Of a stretch of DNA of 64,000 bases, positions 56,409-64,000 are shown one piece after another (the stretch's first letter is position 1; each line of letters begins with the position of its first letter). This DNA is from Myxococcota bacterium (GTDB lineage: Bacteria > Myxococcota_A > UBA9042 > PHBI01 > JAWLBL01). A program made the translations under genes and the position numbers. Below the pieces are notes generated by a model. The model was not told the origin of the DNA. It made no database searches and saw only the letters and a list, made by a program, of their open reading frames with translations. The stretch is from contig JAWLBL010000009.1 of NCBI GenBank assembly GCA_041687695.1, forward strand, positions 139,634 to 203,633, read 5' to 3'.

Positions 56409-58451
56409 TCAGGGGGCGCGGCGGACGCGGGAGAGGACGACCTCGACCGGGTCGCGGTCGTAGGTGAGGCCGGCGCGGCTGGGGACGGCGGGCAGCGCGG
56501 TGCGGGCGAGGGGGGTCAGGGGGAGCTGGGCCTCGGCGGCGTCGCAGAGGGGGCGGCCCTCGGGGCTGCTGCACAGGGAGCTGCGGACGTAGACGACGCA
56601 GCGCTCGCGGGCGAGGTCGGCGGGGGTCCAGTCGCCGGGGAGGCGGACGACGCCGGCCAGCTCGCGGCGGGCGCCGGGGACGCGGTAGGCCGGGAGCATG
56701 AGCATGCGGTCGCCGGCGCGCTCGACGTGGGCGACGAGGCAGCCGGGCTCGAGCGCCTCGAGCTGCTGGGCGAGCCAGAGGTATTCGGCGTGGTCGGTGG
56801 TCCTGGGCGGGCGCCAGGCGTGGTGGGCGACGAGCAGGAGGGCCGCCGCCAGGGCCGGGGCGACGAAGGCGAAGGGGCGCCAGGCGAGGAGGCGCGCGGG
56901 CAGGAGCGCGACGCCGGCGAGCAGGGGCCAGAGCAGGAAGAGCCGGTCGAAGCTGGCCTGCCACAGCGGGCTCTGGGCGAAGATGGGGCGCAAGAGGAGG
57001 CAGGCCGCGACGGCGGCGCCGGCCAGGGGCAGCCAGCCGGCGGCGCGGCCGGGGGCCAAGCGGAGGCCGAGGACGCCCAGGAGCGCGGCGGCGCCCGCGA
57101 GGGCGAAGGTCGAGGGCGGGGTGACGGTGTCGCGGACCGAGGCGCTGGCGGCGGCTTCGGCGGCGACCAGGGCCAGAACACCGCCGCTGGTCAGGGCGAC
57201 GGCGAGGGCGGCCAGGCCTGAGGCGAGGGCGAGGCGGGGCAGGCTGGCGTGCCCGGCGGGGCGGGCGCCGGCCAGGATGGCGAGCGGGACCAGGGCGGCG
57301 GCGGGCCAGGCGGCCGGGTGGACGCGCACGGCCTGGGCGAGCAGGAGGGCGGCGGCGCAGGCGAGCGGGGCGGCGTGGCGGAGCGAGGTGCGGCGGCCGG
57401 CGGCGACGAGGAGGGCGCCGGCCGCGGCGAGCAGGGCCGTGAGCAGCGGGAAGTAGGACTCGGTGGCCGAGAAGAGGACGGAGGCCGGGTCGAGGGCGAC
57501 GACGAGGGCGGCGAGGGCGGCGGGAGTGCGCGGCAGGCCGGCGAGGCGGGCGGCGGCGAAGGCGAGCGGGGCGACGAGGGCGCCGAGGGCGGCGTTGGCG
57601 AGGAAGAGGGCCTGGTCGGGGCGGGCGGGGGCGAGGGCGGCCAGGGGGCCCAGGACCTCGGGGTAGCCGGGGCCGTAGCCCTGGAGCAGGAGCGGGCTGA
57701 GGGCGCCCTCGACCCAGAGCGGGCCGGCGCCGTTGACGCGCAGGGGGCCCCAGAGGCCGGCCAGGCCGCGGGCGGCCAGGGCGAGGAGCAGCGCGGCGGA
57801 CGAGGTCAGCAGGTCGGCGCGGCCGAGGCGGGCGACGGAGCGCCAGGAGGCCACGAGGGCCAGGGCCAGGGCGAGCAGCACGAGCCAGGGCCCGAGGTGA
57901 GCGGAGCCGAGCGGCGCGAGGACGGACAGCGGCGTGTCGGCGCGCGGCGGGGCGGAGGACGGGGCGGGCGCGGCGGCGGACGAGCCGGGCGGCGCGGCGG
58001 GGTCGGAGGTGGGGGCGTCGAGGGCGGTCCACTTGAAGGCGGCCTCGCGGGCGGTCACGCGCGCGGCCAGCGCGGTCACCAGCTCGGGCGGCGGGGCGCC
58101 GGCGCGCGCGACCAGGCGGAAGCGGTCGGTCCGGGCGAGCGCGGGGCCGTCCTCGGCGACGTGCCGGAGGGCGATCTCGAGCTCGACCGGGGGCGCGCCA
58201 CAGGAAAAGCGCGCAGCCACCTCGCTCATGACGATGCGCGCGCCGAGCAGGCGGCAGGCGCCCGGGAGGTCCTCGCCGAGCCCCATCATCTCGCCGACCA
58301 GGCGCTCCTGACCCGGCGGGATGCCCACCCGCGCCGGCGGCTGCCCGGACGCCGGCCCCGAGGCGCCCACCAGCACCAGCGCGACGAGCGACGCGACGAG
58401 CCAGCCCCCCCGCGTGCGTCCTCGTCCCGGATGCCCCTGCGGCCACGTCAT
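56409..58451 (-). CDS. Polytopic membrane protein, possibly GT-C glycosyltransferase-like
   Basis: Many TM segments; YGPGY, ALDP..FSATESYF; start uncertain. Confidence 0.7.
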   Translation of the reverse strand: MTWPQGHPGRGRTRGGWLVASLVALVLVGASGPASGQPPARVGIPPGQERLVGEMMGLGEDLPGACRLLGARIVMSEVAARFSCGAPPVELEIALRHVAEDGPALARTDRFRLVARAGAPPPELVTALAARVTAREAAFKWTALDAPTSDPAAPPGSSAAAPAPSSAPPRADTPLSVLAPLGSAHLGPWLVLLALALALVASWRSVARLGRADLLTSSAALLLALAARGLAGLWGPLRVNGAGPLWVEGALSPLLLQGYGPGYPEVLGPLAALAPARPDQALFLANAALGALVAPLAFAAARLAGLPRTPAALAALVVALDPASVLFSATESYFPLLTALLAAAGALLVAAGRRTSLRHAAPLACAAALLLAQAVRVHPAAWPAAALVPLAILAGARPAGHASLPRLALASGLAALAVALTSGGVLALVAAEAAASASVRDTVTPPSTFALAGAAALLGVLGLRLAPGRAAGWLPLAGAAVAACLLLRPIFAQSPLWQASFDRLFLLWPLLAGVALLPARLLAWRPFAFVAPALAAALLLVAHHAWRPPRTTDHAEYLWLAQQLEALEPGCLVAHVERAGDRMLMLPAYRVPGARRELAGVVRLPGDWTPADLARERCVVYVRSSLCSSPEGRPLCDAAEAQLPLTPLARTALPAVPSRAGLTYDRDPVEVVLSRVRRAP

Positions 58452-58734
58452 CCCGGCTACGCTGCCCAGGGCCCTGCCCCCTGTCAACCTGGGGCCGGTC
58501 GATGGGGAGGGCCGGGCGAGATGTCGCACGTGCGTTGCGACTGTCGCGACGGATGGGCGTCGGCGCTGCCGAGCGGGCCGTCCAGCGGGGCTGCGTTCGG
58601 TCGGCACCGATCGGCCGGAGGCGCCCTGGGTGCGGGCGCAGAGGCCTGATGGGGCGCGGGGCGGGTGATTAGGCACGGTGCTTGCTTTACTGGTCCACGC
58701 ACCCGGGCCGGAGCGCCCCAAGCGAGGTCACCCA

Positions 58735-60456
58735 ATGAATCTGCTCCGCAAGCTCCCTGCCGCGACGTGGCTCAAGGCCTACGACCGTGGCTCCCTGACG
58801 AGCGATCTGCTCGCCGCCGCCATCGTCACCCTGATGCTCATCCCCCAGAGCCTGGCCTACGCCCTGCTGGCCGGCCTGCCTCCAGAGGTGGGGCTGTACG
58901 CCTCCATCCTCCCGCTCGTCGGCTACGCCCTGTTCGGCTCGAGCCGCACCCTGGCCGTCGGCCCCGTCGCCGTCGTCTCGCTGATGACCGCCAGCGCCGC
59001 CGGCGGCATCGCGGCCCAGGGCAGCCCCGAGTACACCTCGGTCGCCCTCATCCTGGCCGCGCTCTCCGGGCTCTTCCTCCTCGGGCTCGGCCTCCTCCGG
59101 CTGGGCTCGCTCGCGAGCCTCCTCAGCCACCCCGTCATCTCGGGCTTCATCACCGCCTCGGCCCTGGTCATCGCCGCCAGCCAGCTCGGCCCCGTCCTCG
59201 GCCTCCGCGCCGGCGGCGACAACCTCGTCGAGGTCGCCGAGAAGCTCCTCTCCAACCTGGGCGACGTCCACCTGCCCACGCTGGCCGTCGGCGGCCTGAC
59301 CATCGCCCTCCTCATGTGGATCCGCCGCCGCCTCGGCCCTCTGCTGAAGCGACGCGGCGTCCGCCCCGCCGTCGCCGACATCATCGTCCGCGCCGGCCCG
59401 GTCGTCGCCGTCGTCGCCAGCATCGCCGCGGTCGCCCTCCTCGGCCTCGACGCCCAGGGCGTCGCCACGGTCGGCGCCGTCCCCGGCGGCTTCCCGCCCC
59501 TCACCCTGCCCGACTTCGACGCGGGGCTGTGGCTCCAGCTCCTGCCGGCCGCCATCCTCATCAGCATCGTCGGCTTCGTCGAGTCCGTCTCCGTCGCCCA
59601 GTCGCTGGCCGTCAAGCGTCGCCAACGCATCGAGCCCAACCAGGAGCTCCTCGGCCTCGGCGCCGCCAACCTCGCCGCCTCCCTCACCGGCGGCTACCCG
59701 GTCACCGGCGGCTTCTCCCGCTCGATCGTCAACTACGAGGCCGGCGCCCAGACCCCGGCGGCCGGCGTCTTCACCGCCGTCCTCATCGCCGTCGCGACCC
59801 TGCTGCTCACGCCGCTGTTCCGCCTGCTGCCCAGCGCGGTCCTGGCCGCCACCATCATCGTGGCCGTCATCGGCCTGGTCGACCTCCACACCCTGGTCCG
59901 CACCTGGCGCTACGACCGCGCCGACTTCGTCGCCAGCGCCGTCACCGTGGTGCTGGTCCTGGGCCACAGCATCGAGGCGGGCCTCATCGCCGGCGTCGGC
60001 ATCTCCATAGCCCTGTTCCTGTGGCGCACCACCCGCCCCCACGTCGCCATCGTCGGCCGCGTCCCGGGCACCGAGCACTACCGCAACGTGCGCCGGCACG
60101 AGGTCCTCACCAGCCCCAAGGTGCTGGCCGTGCGCATCGACGAGAGCCTGTACTTCGCCAACTCGCGCTACCTCGAGGACTGCCTGACCGCCGCCATCAC
60201 CGACCACCCGGACGTCCGCGACGTGGTCCTCATCGCCAGCGCCGTCAACGCCATCGACGCCAGCGCCCTCGAGAGCCTCGAGCTGCTCGTGCGCCGCCTC
60301 GCCGACGCCGGCGTCACCCTGCACTTCGCCGAGGTCAAGGGCCCCGTCATGGACCGCCTCGCCCGCGTCGGCTTCACCGACCACCTGGGGCGCGGCCGGG
60401 TGTTCCGCTCGACCCACGAGGCCATGGTCGCCCTGGATCCCGCGATGGCCGACTGA
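58735..60456 (+). CDS. SulP-family anion transporter with STAS domain
   Basis: IPQSLAYALLAGLPPEVGLYAS, NQEL, PVTGGFSRS, RIDESLYFAN, VNAIDASA. Confidence 0.95.
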   Translation: MNLLRKLPAATWLKAYDRGSLTSDLLAAAIVTLMLIPQSLAYALLAGLPPEVGLYASILPLVGYALFGSSRTLAVGPVAVVSLMTASAAGGIAAQGSPEYTSVALILAALSGLFLLGLGLLRLGSLASLLSHPVISGFITASALVIAASQLGPVLGLRAGGDNLVEVAEKLLSNLGDVHLPTLAVGGLTIALLMWIRRRLGPLLKRRGVRPAVADIIVRAGPVVAVVASIAAVALLGLDAQGVATVGAVPGGFPPLTLPDFDAGLWLQLLPAAILISIVGFVESVSVAQSLAVKRRQRIEPNQELLGLGAANLAASLTGGYPVTGGFSRSIVNYEAGAQTPAAGVFTAVLIAVATLLLTPLFRLLPSAVLAATIIVAVIGLVDLHTLVRTWRYDRADFVASAVTVVLVLGHSIEAGLIAGVGISIALFLWRTTRPHVAIVGRVPGTEHYRNVRRHEVLTSPKVLAVRIDESLYFANSRYLEDCLTAAITDHPDVRDVVLIASAVNAIDASALESLELLVRRLADAGVTLHFAEVKGPVMDRLARVGFTDHLGRGRVFRSTHEAMVALDPAMAD

Positions 60457-60526
60457 GCTCGGCCGCGGGCGCGGCCGGGGCCTGCCCCCGTTCGCGCCCG
60501 CGGCCCGCGCGTCGATCGGACGGCGA

Positions 60527-61297
60527 TCAGCCCGGGACCGGCGCCGAAGCGGGGCGCACCGCCGGAGGAGGCGTCTCGAGCGCCTCGAACCGCAGTCGAC
60601 GCAGCACCAGCAGGTGCCCGGCGATGGCGGCCTGGACGCAGATGGCCGGCAGGAAGACGAACGGGAAGTAGGTCACCCAGACGTTGGCGGGCTCGTTCAT
60701 GAAGGTGCGGATGGGCAGCGGCAGCGAGAGGATGGCGATCGCCATCACCGTGACGAGCAGGACGGCGCCCGTGGCGTTCCAGACCGCGAAGATCCACCGG
60801 GGGAGCGGTCGACGCCAGGCCAGCAGCGCCAGGGTGACCGCGGAGACGCCGGTCAGGATGTCCAGGTTCAGCCCGGACCACGTCATCTGAGGTGGCATGA
60901 GGCCCTCGGCGGCCGCTCGATGCATGGCCAGCTCGAGCGGCAGGCGGAATCCCTGGATCGCGACCAGGACGGCGACCGGTGTCGCCTGGGCGACCCAGGT
61001 GCCCGCCTTCGAGAAGGCGAAGACGAAGGCGCCCGCGATCATCGCCAGGATGAACGGCAGGACGGGCGGGGGCGTCGCGTCCCACTGCCTCAAGGCGCCG
61101 GACAGCGCGAGCGCGGTGGCGACGACCAGCCAGAGGGCGCCCCCCAGGCTCACCTGCCAGGTCCGGCGGCGGACCTCGGCGGCCGGCGCGCCGAGGCGAC
61201 GGCCCGCGCGGCGGACCAGGAGCGCCCAGGTCGCGAGCAGGGCCAGGGGCAGGATCAGGAAGGGGAGCTGGAGGAGGAGAGAAGCGTCGGGATGCAT
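60527..61297 (-). CDS. Membrane protein, paralog A
   Basis: QGFRLPLELAMH..PPQMTW.GLNLDILTG..WN..FMNEPANVW..PFVFLP. Confidence 0.85.
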   Translation of the reverse strand: MHPDASLLLQLPFLILPLALLATWALLVRRAGRRLGAPAAEVRRRTWQVSLGGALWLVVATALALSGALRQWDATPPPVLPFILAMIAGAFVFAFSKAGTWVAQATPVAVLVAIQGFRLPLELAMHRAAAEGLMPPQMTWSGLNLDILTGVSAVTLALLAWRRPLPRWIFAVWNATGAVLLVTVMAIAILSLPLPIRTFMNEPANVWVTYFPFVFLPAICVQAAIAGHLLVLRRLRFEALETPPPAVRPASAPVPG

Positions 61298-61417
61298 GTC
61301 GAGACCTCGTTAGAAAGTTTACTTTTTGATAGTTGCCACCACCTGAAACTCAAGTCAACACGTCTGGACGCAGCGCGGCGTCTGCGCCCGCAACGCGCCG
61401 GGGCGTTCGCCATCGCG

Positions 61418-62146
61418 TCAGCGGGCGTCGGGTCGCGTCCGGAGCTTGCGCCAGAGGACCACGTGACCGAACAGGGCCGACATGACCATGACGGCGGGGA
61501 GCCACACGAAGGGCAGCCAGGTGAGCCAGACGTTGGCGGGCTCGTTCATGAAGACCCGGAAGGGGAGCGGGAGCGAGAGGATGCCCACGGTGGCCACGAC
61601 GAGCAGCAGGACGTGTCCCATGGCGTTCCAGGCCACCAGCACCGGCCGCGGCACGGCCGTTCGGGTGAGGGTCACCGCCAGGAGGAGGGCGGTCGCGCCC
61701 GTCAGGACGTCGAGGTTCAGCCCGGTCCAGGTCATCTGCGGGGGCATCAGGCCCGCCTCGGCCGCGGCGTGCATGGCCAGCTCGAGCGGCAAGCGGAAGG
61801 CCTGTAGGCCGATGAGCCAGGCGTAGGACAGGCCCTGGGCGAGCCAGGCCCCCGCGCGCGACGCCGCCAGCCCGAGGGTGAGGACGAGGAGGCCGAGCAG
61901 CATCAGGAGGATGGGCGGCGGCATCGCGTCCCAGCGGCGCAGGACGCCCGAGGCGGCGAGGGCGGCGCTGCCGACCAGCATGGCGAGCCAGACGGTAGCC
62001 GTGAGCGCGACCTGGCGTCGGATCTGGGCGGGCGGGGCCCCGAGCGCGCGGCCGGCGCGGGCCACGAGCGCGGGCCAGGCGACGACCAGGGCGACGGCGA
62101 GCAGGGCGAAGGGGGTCATGAGGCCGGCTGAGGCGCTGGGATGCAT
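61418..62146 (-). CDS. Membrane protein, paralog B
   Basis: Same motifs as paralog A; both begin MHP.AS. Confidence 0.85.
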   Translation of the reverse strand: MHPSASAGLMTPFALLAVALVVAWPALVARAGRALGAPPAQIRRQVALTATVWLAMLVGSAALAASGVLRRWDAMPPPILLMLLGLLVLTLGLAASRAGAWLAQGLSYAWLIGLQAFRLPLELAMHAAAEAGLMPPQMTWTGLNLDVLTGATALLLAVTLTRTAVPRPVLVAWNAMGHVLLLVVATVGILSLPLPFRVFMNEPANVWLTWLPFVWLPAVMVMSALFGHVVLWRKLRTRPDAR

Positions 62147-62216
62147 GGGCGGGTCCTGGCCGTTGAGCTTTACTGCTTGCATCCCACATCAATCACAAAG
62201 TAAAGGCCAGAGAGAC

Positions 62217-62861
62217 ATGAGCTCGGAGACGCGACGCAGCTATCAGCAGTTCTGTGGACTGGCCCGCGCGCTGGACGTGGTGGGCGAGCGTTGGACCCTG
62301 CTCATCCTGCGGGACATGCTGCTCGGCCCGCGCCGCTACAGCGACCTGCTGAACGGGCTGCCGGGGATCACGACCAACCTGTTGGCCAAGCGGCTCAAGC
62401 AGATGCAGGCCGACGGGCTCATCGAGCAGGTCAAGCTGCCGCCTCCCGCGTCGGTCACCGCCTACCAGCTCACCGCCGCGGGCGCCGACCTCGAGCCGGC
62501 GCTGATGGCGCTCGCCCGCTGGGGTGGGCGCCTGCTCGACCGCCCCCGCGAGGACGACGCCGTGAACATCGGCTGGGGCCTCATCTCGCTCAAGCGGCGC
62601 TACCGCGGCGGACATCGGATGGTCGCGTCGTTCCAGGTCGACGACCGCCACTTCGAGCTGACCTTCACGCCCGACTACCTGAAGGTGAACGAGCGGATGG
62701 CCGCGGCGCCGCACGTGACGGTCCAGGGGGCGAGCGAAGCCTTCCGGGCCTGGCTGTTCATGGGGCGGCCCGCGGCCGAGCTGGTCCGCGAGGGGCAGCT
62801 GACGGTCTCGGGCGAGCGGTTCGAGGATCTCTTGGACGCGTTCGGGCTGACGCGCGGCTGA
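62217..62861 (+). CDS. HxlR-family winged-helix regulator with SCP2-like C-terminus
   Basis: YQQFCGLARALDVVGERWTLLILRD..GPRRYSDL..LPGI.TNLL..RLK. Confidence 0.92.
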   Translation: MSSETRRSYQQFCGLARALDVVGERWTLLILRDMLLGPRRYSDLLNGLPGITTNLLAKRLKQMQADGLIEQVKLPPPASVTAYQLTAAGADLEPALMALARWGGRLLDRPREDDAVNIGWGLISLKRRYRGGHRMVASFQVDDRHFELTFTPDYLKVNERMAAAPHVTVQGASEAFRAWLFMGRPAAELVREGQLTVSGERFEDLLDAFGLTRG

Positions 62862-62980
62862 GCGCGACGGATCGACCTCGGCGACCTCGGCGACCTCGGC
62901 GAGGGCGGGGGCCGGCCTTGCGCGACGCCGGGCGAAGGCCTATGAAGCCCCCTTCACCACACAACAGGGCGGAGGTCCTC

Positions 62981-64000
62981 GTGGGCAAGGCGCGCAAGAA
63001 CAAGCAGGGCGCGGGCGGCCGGACGATCGAGCAGGGCGTCGTGCTGCCCGAGGGGCAGAGCGGCTCGCGCCTGTTCCACGGGGTGCTGCAGGGGGCCGCC
63101 GAGGCCTTCCCCGAGACCTTCGGCCCGGCGCGCTTTCCGCAGCGGGCGGACGGGTTCAAGGACGGTTACGGGGACGCGCTGGTGCGCTTCGAGGCGGCGC
63201 GGGCGGGCTCGCCGCGGCGGGACGAGATCGCGCGCTTTCTGGCGCAGCGCACCCAGGACCAGCTGTCCTTCCGACGCAACGGCAGCCTCGAGCCGCTGGC
63301 GGCGCATCTGGCGGCCGAGGCCACCCGTGACATCGAGCTGGCGCGTCGGCCGGTGGGCGGCAAGCCGGGGCTGCGCGCCGAGGTGCCGTTCGAGGGGCGG
63401 GTCCACCGCGGGCGCGAGGTGCTGACGCTGCTCGATCGGCTGCAGGAGCGGAGCCTGATGACCGCTCGGGCGGCCGCCGGGGTGCGCTGGACGGTCGAGC
63501 GCATCGCGGCGGACGGGGGCGCGCTGGATCTGACCGGGCAGCGCTTCGCGGTGCTGGGCGCGAGCGCCGAGCTTGCGCCCACGGCGATGCTGCTCGAGGC
63601 CGGCGCGACGGTGCTGTGGGTGGACGTGGCCGAGCCCGAGCGCCTGCTCAACGGCCATCGGGGCGAGCGCCCGCTGGCCGGCGCGCTGGTGACGGCGCCG
63701 GGAGCGCGGGATCTGCTGCAGGCGCCCGGGGCCATCGCCGCGGCCGTGCGCCGCTTCGCCGAGGAGGGCGACGACGGACGCGTCCACCTGGGCCTGTTCG
63801 CCTACGCGCCCGGGGCCGCGCGCGAGCTGCGCCTGTCGGCGGCCATGGACGCCATCGCGCGGGCGCTGGGGCCCGACGTGGTGCGCTCGGTCGCGCTGTA
63901 CATCTCGCCGACCGTGCCGTCGTGCGTGCAGCCCGAGGACCGCGGGGCCGTCGAGGCGCAGCTGAAGAGGCTGCCGCTGTGGAAGGGCGTTCTCGGGCGC
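62981..64000 (+). CDS. Hypothetical protein with Rossmann-like motif (runs off right edge)
   Basis: GGAGG RBS, GTG start; LDLTGQRFAVLGASAELAP..LLEAGATVLWVD. Confidence 0.7.
   Translation, partial: MGKARKNKQGAGGRTIEQGVVLPEGQSGSRLFHGVLQGAAEAFPETFGPARFPQRADGFKDGYGDALVRFEAARAGSPRRDEIARFLAQRTQDQLSFRRNGSLEPLAAHLAAEATRDIELARRPVGGKPGLRAEVPFEGRVHRGREVLTLLDRLQERSLMTARAAAGVRWTVERIAADGGALDLTGQRFAVLGASAELAPTAMLLEAGATVLWVDVAEPERLLNGHRGERPLAGALVTAPGARDLLQAPGAIAAAVRRFAEEGDDGRVHLGLFAYAPGAARELRLSAAMDAIARALGPDVVRSVALYISPTVPSCVQPEDRGAVEAQLKRLPLWKGVLGR

Larger units (their letters stand above)
41139..56676. mobile_element. About 15 kb accessory/defence island bounded by ~270 bp direct repeats
   Basis: Flanking duplication of a host gene's 3' end; cargo of defence-like genes and an hsdR remnant; no integrase inside. 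Confidence 0.6.

Noticed and set aside
41139..56676. DGR template/variable repeat pair
   Set aside because: Mismatches are not adenine-specific (many C/G swaps) and no reverse transcriptase is present in the window
62873..62902. CGACCTCGG x3 short tandem repeat as a functional site
   Set aside because: Short GC-rich microsatellite with no supporting context
1..64000. Integrase or transposase gene
   Set aside because: No tyrosine/serine recombinase or DDE motifs recognised; the phage integrase is presumably left of the window

Overview
Very GC-rich bacterial DNA, probably from a myxobacterium-like host (weak inference from protein families). There are three parts. (1) 1-41013 is the right-hand ~41 kb of a temperate prophage. 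It has a leftward early operon (ParB, RusA-like, DEDDh exonuclease, Sak4-like ATPase, SF2 helicase) and an immunity region (cI/cro/cII, ImmA, four operators) with accessory genes in the lambda rexAB position. It continues with primase-polymerase/DUF927 plus an iteron-like origin, SSB, lambda-type packaging and head genes, a Mu-type contractile tail, a lysis cassette and morons. It ends at a tRNA-Thr(CGT) 3' fragment, the probable att site. The integrase lies outside the window. (2) ~41139-56676 is a ~15 kb accessory island bounded by a ~270 bp direct repeat of a host gene's 3' end. It carries a collagen-like lipoprotein, a helical hypothetical protein beside a phased 42-bp inverted repeat array, a sacsin-type ATPase/DUF3883 nuclease, a coupled patatin-CHAT protease-MBL hydrolase operon and a truncated hsdR. 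(3) 56409-64000 looks like host genes: a polytopic membrane protein, SulP, two paralogous membrane proteins, an HxlR regulator and a partial ORF. The best candidates for new biology are the patatin-CHAT-MBL operon, the ART-like/DUF6575 pair, the 42-bp array, and a four-copy leaderless late-promoter motif with a candidate activator. All family calls come from motif recognition by eye, not from database searches.
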